Made by a program: the position numbers and the translations under genes. Under the pieces are notes generated by a model. It worked only from the letters and a program-made list of their open reading frames with translations. It was not told the origin of the DNA and did not search any database. A DNA stretch of 33,078 nt. Source: Clostridia bacterium (GTDB taxonomy: Bacteria; Bacillota; Clostridia; Peptostreptococcales; Anaerovoracaceae). Shown in pieces: positions 7,211-14,570 of this stretch. Each line of letters begins with the position of its first letter. Position 1 is the first letter of the stretch. The stretch spans positions 1-33,078 of the forward strand of contig JAKSSQ010000001.1 in the NCBI GenBank assembly GCA_024403005.1, written 5' to 3'.

Positions 7211-8620
7211 ATGAAGCATTATTCACCGTCCTGCGACACCTGCGTTATTGAAAAGAGCGCATCTGCCAGCGGATTAAATATCTTTGCAAAGAACTCTGAC
7301 AGAGAAACAGATGAATGCCAGAATCTTAAGTTCTTCCCGGCGGAAAAGCATGCTGCAGGAGAAGTGGTTAAGTGCACTTACATCGAAGTTCCCCAGGCAG
7401 AGGAAACCTACGCCATGATTGGCTCACAGCCCTGGTGGATCTGGGGATTCGAAATGGGTACAAACGAATGGGGCGTAACCATCGGCAACGAAGCCGACTG
7501 GTCTGAAATTCCCGCACAGAAGGAAGAAGCGCTCCTGGGTATGGACCTGCTGCGTCTCGGCCTTGAAAGAGGCAAGACCGCTTACGAATCCATGCATGTT
7601 ATCATCGACCACCTGGAAAAGTACGGCCAGGGCGGCGGCTGCGCCTACATGAACCCGGACGATAACTATCACAATACGTTCATGATTTCCGACAAGGAAG
7701 AAATCTGGCTGCTGGAAACAGTGGACAGACACTGGGCTGCAAAGAAGCTTCAGGGAATCTATCCTATTTCCAACCTCTACACTATTGAAGAAGACTTCGA
7801 CGAATGCTCCGAAGGCCTGGTTGAATATGCAATCGCAAACGGCCTGCACCACCCGAGAAAGAAGTTTAACTTCTCCAAGAGCTTCGTTCTTCTGAACACA
7901 AGATGCCTCTCCGGCTACCCCAGAGAAGCTCGTCAGAAGGAAATCATCAAGAATTTCGGAGACCGCAAGTACAGCGCTGCAGACCTCTGGACCATTATGC
8001 GCGACCACTTCGAAGGCTCCATGCTCCAGCCCCGCTGGGGTGCTGCAGCTACTCTTGCTGCTGGCATCTGCATGCACGGCTGCGAACCCGGCCCCTGCCA
8101 GTCCGCTGCTACAGCTGTAGTTGAATACAGAGATTCAAAGTACAAGGAAACAGCTTTCACTTACTGGGGAAGCATGTGTCCGCCCTGCAGCTCCTTCGCT
8201 ATGCCGGTCTTCAATATCGGCTACGTTCCCGCACCTCTTGGCGTAGGAACAAACAAGTATTCCGAAGAAAGCTTCTGGTGGCAGGTTAAGAGACTCCAGG
8301 TAGACGTTGAATCCGACCATCCCAAGTACAGCCAGTGGATTAAGGAAGAGCGTGACCAAATGGACTGCCTCTTCCGCCAGTCTTCCGAAAGAGCTCTTGC
8401 AGCTGCAGATCTGCTCTTAGACAACGGAAACGAAGAAGGTGCAAAGATGCTCCTTAAGCAGTGCACAGACGAATGCTTCGAAAGAGTTGCTAAGGTTGTA
8501 AAGAAGCTTACAGAAAAGATCGAGGCAGACATCGAAGAAAACGGCGGCGACGTATTCCGCATTAAGAACCACGAAACATTCCGCGCTAAGACCGGTATGC
8601 CCGGCCCCAAGGAAAACTAG
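7211..8620 (+). CDS. Peptidase C69 family Ntn-hydrolase, secernin-like
   Basis: AAGGAGGA SD before ATG 7211 (the longest ORF starts at GTG 7184). The N-terminal SCDTCV...FAKNSDRETDECQ places the nucleophile Cys after a short propeptide. LLGMDLLRLGLERGKTA, GQGG and WLLET..HWAAKK resemble secernins. Confidence 0.8.
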   Translation: MKHYSPSCDTCVIEKSASASGLNIFAKNSDRETDECQNLKFFPAEKHAAGEVVKCTYIEVPQAEETYAMIGSQPWWIWGFEMGTNEWGVTIGNEADWSEIPAQKEEALLGMDLLRLGLERGKTAYESMHVIIDHLEKYGQGGGCAYMNPDDNYHNTFMISDKEEIWLLETVDRHWAAKKLQGIYPISNLYTIEEDFDECSEGLVEYAIANGLHHPRKKFNFSKSFVLLNTRCLSGYPREARQKEIIKNFGDRKYSAADLWTIMRDHFEGSMLQPRWGAAATLAAGICMHGCEPGPCQSAATAVVEYRDSKYKETAFTYWGSMCPPCSSFAMPVFNIGYVPAPLGVGTNKYSEESFWWQVKRLQVDVESDHPKYSQWIKEERDQMDCLFRQSSERALAAADLLLDNGNEEGAKMLLKQCTDECFERVAKVVKKLTEKIEADIEENGGDVFRIKNHETFRAKTGMPGPKEN

Positions 8621-8650
8621 TTTTTAAGGCTCGAATTAATTAAAAAGAAA

Positions 8651-8676
8651 AAGACCGCGGCGAAAACTGCGGTCTT
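8651..8676. terminator. Bidirectional Rho-independent terminator
   Basis: AAGACCGC / GCGGTCTT hairpin flanked by an A-run on the left and a T-run on the right, between convergent genes ending at 8620 (+) and 8708 (-). Confidence 0.8.
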
Positions 8677-8707
8677 TTAGTATCCGAATTAATTCGGGAG
8701 AATGTTC

Positions 8708-9034
8708 TTATTCTTCCTTAGCTTCTGCGCAGCAGCCTTCTGCAGCTTCTTCGCAGCAGGGTTCGCCTGCAGTTTCCTTTACTGCAGCGATCTGAGCTGT
8801 AAGAGCTTCGATCTGTTCCTTGAGTTCAGCGATCTTAGCAACGTCTTCGCCGAAGAGCTGGCTTGCCAGTTCTGCATTTTCTTCCATGAGCTTCTTGCCC
8901 ATAGCGCCGTAAACGGACTTCATTTCGTTTTCTGCGGAGGAAATCTTGAGCTTGAGCTTGCCGATTTCTGCTGCGTCCTTAGCCTTTTCTGCTGCTGCAC
9001 CGCCTGCAGCCTTGAGCTTATCTAATAATGCCAT
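8708..9034 (-). CDS. Small coiled-coil protein with a C-terminal CC-x6-CC tail (hypothetical)
   Basis: Perfect GGAGG SD 7 nt before the ATG and a strong upstream promoter. 108 aa, Ala/Lys/Glu-rich with heptad-like character, ending ...GEPCCEEAAEGCCAEAKEE. Confidence 0.8.
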   Translation of the reverse strand: MALLDKLKAAGGAAAEKAKDAAEIGKLKLKISSAENEMKSVYGAMGKKLMEENAELASQLFGEDVAKIAELKEQIEALTAQIAAVKETAGEPCCEEAAEGCCAEAKEE

Positions 9035-9062
9035 TTCAATACCTCCTAATGTATCTGTGTAT

Positions 9063-9091
9063 GTGACAGTATGAACAAACTTCTATATAAT
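9063..9091 (+). promoter_or_regulatory. Candidate promoter for the TauE/SafE gene
   Basis: GTGACA (9063-9068), 17-nt spacer, TATAAT (9086-9091). Confidence 0.4.
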
Positions 9092-9093
9092 AC

Positions 9094-9122
9094 ATTATAT
9101 GTTCTTGCGCGAAGCTAGTCAA
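9094..9122 (-). promoter_or_regulatory. Promoter of the small coiled-coil protein gene
   Basis: On the minus strand: TTGACT (9122-9117), 17-nt spacer, TATAAT (9099-9094). Confidence 0.6.
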
Positions 9123-9174
9123 AGAAATAAAATGTAATCTATAGCTTATTTTTGCTATAGAAAGAGTTAACTAT

Positions 9175-9951
9175 ATGTTTTTAGGTATTATTCCATATTC
9201 AAAGGTTCTGCTGGTCTGCATAGGTACTTTTGCAGCCGGCTTTGTAGACGCTATTGCAGGGGGCGGCGGCATTATAAGCCTTCCGGTTTACCTGCTTACA
9301 GGTTTGCCCGCCCAGACGGCTTTCGGAACCAATAAGGTTTCTTCCACCCTCGGCGCGACGGTTTCCGCTGCCAGGTTCATAAGAGGGGGCAAGGTCAAGT
9401 GGCTTTCCGCAATTCCGTCTGCGATAACGGGTCTCCTCGGCGCACGCATGGCTTCAACATTTGTAATGTCCATGAGCCCGGAAACCTTCCAGAAAATCAT
9501 AATATGCATTCTTCCCTTCACCGCAGTTTTCCTTATCTTTAAGAAGGACTTCGGTGAAACGGAAAACCAGATGGAATTCTCCACGGCTAAAGTTGTCATT
9601 CTGTCGCTGCTCATCGGCCTTGCAGTAGGTTTCTACGACGGCCTTGTTGGCCCCGGCACCGGAACTTTCGCAATTCTGGCCTTTACAAGCATTCTTAAGT
9701 TCGACTTAAAAAATGCCAGCGGCACAGCTAAAATCTTTAACTGGGCAAGCAATCTGGGCTCCGCTCTGCTGTTCATAAGCGCAGGCGTTGTAATCTGGCC
9801 CATGTGCCTCATGTCCGCAGCCTGCAACATGACAGGCAGTTACATCGGCTCCGGCCTGGCAATAAAAAAGGATCCGAAGTTCATCCGGATCACTATGACT
9901 ATTGTATGTTCCATGCTCATTATTAAGCTGGCATACGATGTATTCTTCTAA
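9175..9951 (+). CDS. TauE/SafE (DUF81) family sulfite/anion exporter-like membrane protein
   Basis: 258 aa with about 8 TM segments. It has the internally duplicated ...AGFVDAIAGGGGIISLP... / ...GFYDGLVGPGTGTF... motifs typical of TauE/SafE. Confidence 0.85.
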   Translation: MFLGIIPYSKVLLVCIGTFAAGFVDAIAGGGGIISLPVYLLTGLPAQTAFGTNKVSSTLGATVSAARFIRGGKVKWLSAIPSAITGLLGARMASTFVMSMSPETFQKIIICILPFTAVFLIFKKDFGETENQMEFSTAKVVILSLLIGLAVGFYDGLVGPGTGTFAILAFTSILKFDLKNASGTAKIFNWASNLGSALLFISAGVVIWPMCLMSAACNMTGSYIGSGLAIKKDPKFIRITMTIVCSMLIIKLAYDVFF

Positions 9952-10438
9952 GTATAATGGTTGCGAGGATTCCGATTCCTGCTCCGCAGGCCATTCCGGA
10001 AAAGAGCAGCACGGGGAAGTAATACATGACTCCCGCGGTCTCCATAATGGTGCAGGCAACGCCCAGCTGCCCGAGGTTGTGGAGCACGCCTCCTGCCATG
10101 GAAACTCCGGCAGGGGAGAACAACCCGGTTTTCTTTAAGAGAACCATGCCCGCAAAGCTTACTAATGCGCCGCACATTGCGTAAATCGCAGAAAACACGC
10201 TTCCGAAAAGAAGCGCTGCCATGCAGACTCTTACGGCGTTGATGGAAAATGCGTATTTCGGGCCGACGGTGTAAATTGCGGCGAGAATTACGATATTCGC
10301 AAGGCCCAGCTTAATTCCCGGTATGCCAAGAGGCAGGGGCAGCAGGACTTCCACGTAGGAAAAGATTAAGGCGAGGGCTGTGAGCACACCGCATACGGCG
10401 ACTTTATTCGCTTTTTCCTTATTAGTAGGATATTGCAT
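9923..10438 (-). CDS. Gx transporter family membrane protein (heptaprenyl diphosphate synthase component I-like)
   Basis: 171 aa with 5 TM segments. The motif ...LLPLPLGIPGIKLGLANIVIL... is characteristic of the Hpre_diP_synt_I/Gx family, which usually pairs with a NusG-II protein. Confidence 0.8.
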   Translation of the reverse strand: MQYPTNKEKANKVAVCGVLTALALIFSYVEVLLPLPLGIPGIKLGLANIVILAAIYTVGPKYAFSINAVRVCMAALLFGSVFSAIYAMCGALVSFAGMVLLKKTGLFSPAGVSMAGGVLHNLGQLGVACTIMETAGVMYYFPVLLFSGMACGAGIGILATIILRRIHRMPA

Positions 10439-10796
10439 CCGAACCTCCTTCCCCCGTAATTGTTACGGATAGCTTATGGGGAAGGCAGAGGATTACCTGG
10501 CCCGGCTTGTCTATCCTGCCGAAGCCTATGCAGTCCTGCCCGCTGCAGTTTGCTTCCTGCATGCGCGCGCTTCCATTTTCGATAACCAGCACATTTCTGT
10601 CCGTTCCGTTATCGATTTCGACGGTTTTATCGATAGCTAATGGATAGCTTCCGATAGTTTTACCGTCCTTTACCACTACGGCCAGGCTTCCGGCCTGCGC
10701 CGAATGCGTGAACCAAAGCACGACAAAACCCAGGGCAATGAGCCCTGCTGCAAGTACGATATCCGCTTTTTTAAAGAAGGTGTACTTATGTTCCAT
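10422..10796 (-). CDS. NusG domain II-containing (DUF1312) membrane-anchored protein
   Basis: N-terminal FFKKADIVL plus a TM anchor, then a beta-rich domain with CSGQDC...ILCLPHKL (the CxxxxC...CLP motif of the family). Its stop overlaps the Gx gene start by 17 nt. Confidence 0.8.
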   Translation of the reverse strand: MEHKYTFFKKADIVLAAGLIALGFVVLWFTHSAQAGSLAVVVKDGKTIGSYPLAIDKTVEIDNGTDRNVLVIENGSARMQEANCSGQDCIGFGRIDKPGQVILCLPHKLSVTITGEGGSDAISY

Positions 10797-11876
10797 AAAT
10801 ATAAACTGAAAAGAATTGCCGCCCTTATGGCTGCGGTTTTACTGATTATAACACAGTGCGGCTGCAGCCGCCAGCGTGTCTACCCCTACGAAGGCTACGG
10901 CTTCGGGGAAGACTGGCTGCTCAACAGCTACTGTTACATAAAGGTTTCCGCCTACGACAAGGCAGAAGTCGAAGCGTCTGCAGGAGACATCGACAAGCTT
11001 ATCTCTGCAGCTTTTGCAGAGGCGAGAACCATGGAAAAGACCCTCTCCAGAACTATCGAAAGCAGCGATGTCGGCAGATTTAATGCCGCTGCAGCAGGAG
11101 AAAAGGTCGAGGTGAGCGATGCTGCCGCAGCTCTGGTCTTTACGGCTCAGCAGTTCAACGTTTTAACGGACGGCAAGTTCGACATAAGTGTAGGGCCTTT
11201 AACTTCCCTCTGGAATTTCTCTTCCGATGAACCAAAGGTACCTTCTGCAGAGGAAATAGAGGCTGCATTGGCGTCAACCGGATACGGAAACGACATTGAA
11301 ATAGTCGCAGAAGGGGAAAAGAGCTATCTTATAAAAGGACGCGAAGGCACCATGCTGGACCTGGGCGCCCTGGCAAAGGGCTTTATCGGAGACTGCGTTA
11401 AGGAATACCTGGAAAGCTGCGGCGTGGAAAGAGGCGTCGTGAGCCTGGGCGGAAATATCGTGCTTATCGGCTCTAAAGAAGACGGCTCCCCGTGGACTGT
11501 CGGCGTGGAAAACCCGGCAGACGGCAGGGCCGGCGTAGTTCTGGAAGAACGCCAGATTATAGGCGAAGTCTACGTTATGGGTGGCTCCGTCGTAACTTCC
11601 GGCGTCTACGAAAGATGCTTCGAAGAGGACGGCGTAGTTTACCACCACGTTCTGGACCCGGCTACCGGATATCCTGCGGAAACGGACCTGCTCGGGGTCA
11701 CAATTACCGGAGAAATCTCCGAAATGTGCGACATTCTGTCCACCAGCTGCCTGCTTCTCGGATACGAAAAGGGCAGGGAATTTATTGAAACAATGGATGG
11801 CTACGAAGCCTTGTTCATACTTGCGGACGGCACCGTGGAAACTACGGAAGGCCTCGTGTTTGTACCGGTAAAATAA
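10788..11876 (+). CDS. apbE: FAD:protein FMN transferase (ApbE family), probable lipoprotein
   Basis: GAAGGTG SD 6 nt before ATG 10788 (the longest ORF starts at 10704). Signal peptide ...LLIITQCGC. ApbE motifs include ...DISVGPL..., LGALAKG, and the GGSVVTSGVYER.....HHVLDPATGYP end. Confidence 0.85.
   Translation: MFHKYKLKRIAALMAAVLLIITQCGCSRQRVYPYEGYGFGEDWLLNSYCYIKVSAYDKAEVEASAGDIDKLISAAFAEARTMEKTLSRTIESSDVGRFNAAAAGEKVEVSDAAAALVFTAQQFNVLTDGKFDISVGPLTSLWNFSSDEPKVPSAEEIEAALASTGYGNDIEIVAEGEKSYLIKGREGTMLDLGALAKGFIGDCVKEYLESCGVERGVVSLGGNIVLIGSKEDGSPWTVGVENPADGRAGVVLEERQIIGEVYVMGGSVVTSGVYERCFEEDGVVYHHVLDPATGYPAETDLLGVTITGEISEMCDILSTSCLLLGYEKGREFIETMDGYEALFILADGTVETTEGLVFVPVK
10845..10853 (-). 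promoter_or_regulatory. Extended -10 element (TGtTATAAT) for the NusG-II/Gx operon, embedded in the apbE coding sequence
   Basis: The reverse complement of 10845-10853 is TGTTATAAT, about 50 nt upstream of the minus-strand ATG at 10796. The -35 is poor. Confidence 0.4.
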
Positions 11877-11888
11877 GAGGAGAAAAAT

Positions 11889-12917
11889 ATGAAGGATGTA
11901 AGACTTGCTTTTATGGGCTTCGGCAACGTTGGCCAGGCTCTCGCAAAGATGATTATAGAAAACAGGGCGGAAATCTTTAAGAAGTACGACGCCCGCATCA
12001 TGGTGACCGCAATTGCAACCGGTTCTCACGGCTGCCTTTACAACCCCAAGGGAATTAACCTGGAGGAAGCTTTAAAGTGCTATGCAGCCGGAGGATTCAC
12101 AGAAGACAACAACGCAGACTGGACCGACGAACCGGCAGACGCTCTGGTTTACTGCGGGGAATACGACGTGCTCGTGGAGCTTTCTCCTTTAAACATCCAG
12201 ACCGGCCAGCCCGCTGCAAACAGAATTAAGCACGCTCTGCACATGAAGAAGAGCGCAGTTTCCGCAAATAAGGGCCCCATCGCCTGGTATTACGAAGATC
12301 TTAAGGCTATGGCATCTGCAAAAGGCGGAAAGTTCCTGTTCGAGTCCACCGTTATGGACGGAACTCCGATCTTTAACCTCCGCGACAGATGCCTTAATTT
12401 CTGCACCGTAAAATCTGTGGAAGGCATCCTTAACAGCACAACAAATTTCGTGCTCAAATATTTAGAAGAAGGAAAGACTTTCGAAGAAGCAATCGCAGAA
12501 GGCCAGAGACAGGGCTTCGTGGAGGCTGACCCCTCCATGGACATCGGCGGCTGGGATGCTGCAGCTAAAATCTGCGTGCTGGCAAATGTGCTAATGGGCG
12601 CAAATATTACTCCGGATAGGGTAGAAAAGAAGGGAATTAAAGGCATTACTGCAGAGGATGTTGCAAAAGCCAGGGAAAAAGGCTGCTGCATTAAGCTCAT
12701 GTGCAGAGCGGAAACAGATGAGTTTGGCCAGACCCGCGCGTGGGTTAAGCCCGTGGAAGTACCTCTTACAAGCCAGTATGCAAGCGTAAGCGGCGCTTCT
12801 TCAATCGTGCAGATCGAAACGGATCTTATGGGGACCATTGCGGTCACCGAGAAGGATCCGACCATAGTCCAGACTGCCTACGGCGTGTTTCAGGATATAT
12901 TGTATACATTTATTTAA
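11889..12917 (+). CDS. hom: Homoserine dehydrogenase (short form without ACT domain)
   Basis: Rossmann loop MGFGNVGQ, then SANKGP, FESTVMDGTPI, GILNSTTNF and GFVEADPSMDIGGWDAAAKI. Confidence 0.85.
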   Translation: MKDVRLAFMGFGNVGQALAKMIIENRAEIFKKYDARIMVTAIATGSHGCLYNPKGINLEEALKCYAAGGFTEDNNADWTDEPADALVYCGEYDVLVELSPLNIQTGQPAANRIKHALHMKKSAVSANKGPIAWYYEDLKAMASAKGGKFLFESTVMDGTPIFNLRDRCLNFCTVKSVEGILNSTTNFVLKYLEEGKTFEEAIAEGQRQGFVEADPSMDIGGWDAAAKICVLANVLMGANITPDRVEKKGIKGITAEDVAKAREKGCCIKLMCRAETDEFGQTRAWVKPVEVPLTSQYASVSGASSIVQIETDLMGTIAVTEKDPTIVQTAYGVFQDILYTFI

Positions 12918-12934
12918 TTTGTATTTAGCGAAAG

Positions 12935-12974
12935 ATATTCTGCTACAATTTAGAAATTGTGCAGAATATTTTTT
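12935..12974 (+). terminator. Rho-independent terminator after hom
   Basis: Long hairpin ATATTCTGC-t-ACAATTT / AAATTGT-GCAGAATAT followed by TTTTT. Confidence 0.8.
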
Positions 12975-13134
12975 ATTGTAGACTAATATTATTGGAAATA
13001 TTTTCACAAATATCTGTTATTCTTGAATAAAAGTGAGTATAATAGCATGTAGAGGCGAGAATATAGTTTATTTCGCCCTAAACTCGATTATTATTTTAGT
13101 TGGGCAACCAACAAGTTTCAGGAGGTAAGAACTA

Positions 13135-14484
13135 ATGAATGCTTATATGGAAAGCGTGCTGGAAAGCGTAAGAACCAAGCACGGCAACGAACCCGAATTC
13201 GTACAGACAGTAGAAGAAGTATTCTCTTCTATCGAACCGGTTGTTGAAAAGCACCCCGAATACGAAAAGGTAGATCTTCTCGGAAGAATGGTAGAACCCG
13301 AAAGAATGTTCACATTCAGAGTAGTATGGTGTGACGACAATGGCAACTGGCACACAAACAGAGGCTGGAGATGCCAGTTCAACGGCGCTATCGGACCCTA
13401 CAAGGGCGGTCTCCGTTTCCAGAAGAACGTATACGAAGGAATCATCAAGTTCCTCGGTTTCGAACAGACATTTAAGAACTCCCTCACAGGTCTGCCCATG
13501 GGCGGCGCTAAGGGCGGTTCCGACTTCGATCCCGCTGGAAAGAGCGATGCAGAAGTTATGCGTTTCTGCCAGTCCTTCATGTCTGCTCTCTATAGATATA
13601 TCGGACCCGACATCGACGTACCCGCTGGTGACATGGGCGTAGGCGGAAGAGAAATCGGCTACCTCTATGGTCAGTACAGAAGACTCAAGGGCGTTTGGGA
13701 AAACGGCGTTCTCACAGGTAAGGGCCTCAGCTATGGTGGTTCCCTCATCAGACCCGAAGCTACAGGTTACGGCGCAGTTTACTACCTCCTCGAAGTACTC
13801 AAGCACGAAAACGATACAATCGAAGGCAAGAGAATTGCTATCTCCGGTTACGGCAATGTAGGCTGGGGCATCATGAAGAAGGCTGAACAGCTGGGCGCTA
13901 AGGTTACATACTTCGCAGGTCCCGATGGATACATCCACGATCCCGAAGGCGTAACAGGCGAAAAGCTCGACTTCATCCTTGAAATGAGAGCTAAGGATCC
14001 TATGCACTGCAAGCCCTATGCTGACAAGTACGGCGTAGAATTCGTTCCCGGTGAAAAGTGCTGGGGCGTTAAGGATGTAGATGTTTACATGCCCGCTGCT
14101 ATGCAGAACGACGTTAAGATGGAATCCGCTGAAAAGATCGCTGCTTCCGGCGTTAAGTACTACATCGAAGTTGCTAACATGCCGACAACAAACGATGCTC
14201 TTAACTATCTGAGAGCTCAGAAGCACATGATCGTTGCTCCCTCCAAGGCAGTTAACGCTGGCGGCGTAGGCGTATCCGGCCTCGAAATGTCCCAGAACAG
14301 CGAAAGACTCGTTTGGACAGCAGAAGAAGTTGACAATCAGCTGAAGAAGATGATGGTTAACATCCACAAGGTTTCCGCAGAAGCTGCAGAAGAATACGGT
14401 CTCGGCTATGACCTCGTAGCAGGCGCTAACATCGCTGGCTTCAAGAAGGTTGCAGAAGCTATGATGGAACAGGGCTGCTTCTAA
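13135..14484 (+). CDS. gdhA: NADP-specific glutamate dehydrogenase
   Basis: 449 aa. Hexameric GDH signatures KGGLRF and GLPMGGAKGGSDFDP (catalytic Lys), nucleotide loop ISGYGNVG. AGGAGG SD and strongly biased codon usage. Confidence 0.95.
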   Translation: MNAYMESVLESVRTKHGNEPEFVQTVEEVFSSIEPVVEKHPEYEKVDLLGRMVEPERMFTFRVVWCDDNGNWHTNRGWRCQFNGAIGPYKGGLRFQKNVYEGIIKFLGFEQTFKNSLTGLPMGGAKGGSDFDPAGKSDAEVMRFCQSFMSALYRYIGPDIDVPAGDMGVGGREIGYLYGQYRRLKGVWENGVLTGKGLSYGGSLIRPEATGYGAVYYLLEVLKHENDTIEGKRIAISGYGNVGWGIMKKAEQLGAKVTYFAGPDGYIHDPEGVTGEKLDFILEMRAKDPMHCKPYADKYGVEFVPGEKCWGVKDVDVYMPAAMQNDVKMESAEKIAASGVKYYIEVANMPTTNDALNYLRAQKHMIVAPSKAVNAGGVGVSGLEMSQNSERLVWTAEEVDNQLKKMMVNIHKVSAEAAEEYGLGYDLVAGANIAGFKKVAEAMMEQGCF

Positions 14485-14516
14485 TTAAAGAAACAGCTGG
14501 CAACAGCATAAAAACT

Positions 14517-14546
14517 AAGGCTCTCAGTATAACTGGGAGCCTTTTT
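14517..14546 (+). terminator. Rho-independent terminator after gdhA
   Basis: 11-bp stem AAGGCTCTCAG / CTGGGAGCCTT (one G-U pair), loop TATAA, followed by TTT. Confidence 0.8.
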
Positions 14547-14570
14547 GTCTAAAGAAGGAAGGATTATATT

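Noticed and set aside
8627-8697. Recurrent AATTAAT-containing motifs next to terminators: CGAATTAATT at 8631-8640, the palindrome CCGAATTAATTCGG at 8684-8697, and AATTAATTTCGG at 2493-2504.
   Set aside because: These are short AT-rich strings that also supply stop codons in several frames on both strands. Three loose copies are not enough to call a repeat family (REP-like element) without genome-wide counts.
8702-9025. 107-aa + strand ORF mirroring the small coiled-coil gene.
   Set aside because: The minus-strand ORF has a perfect GGAGG SD, a consensus promoter and a sensible helical sequence. The + strand product is Phe/Cys/Leu-rich and lacks an SD.
13132-14367. 411-aa ORF on the - strand opposite gdhA.
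   Set aside because: gdhA is unambiguous. The antisense frame stays open only because of the strong codon bias of a highly expressed gene.
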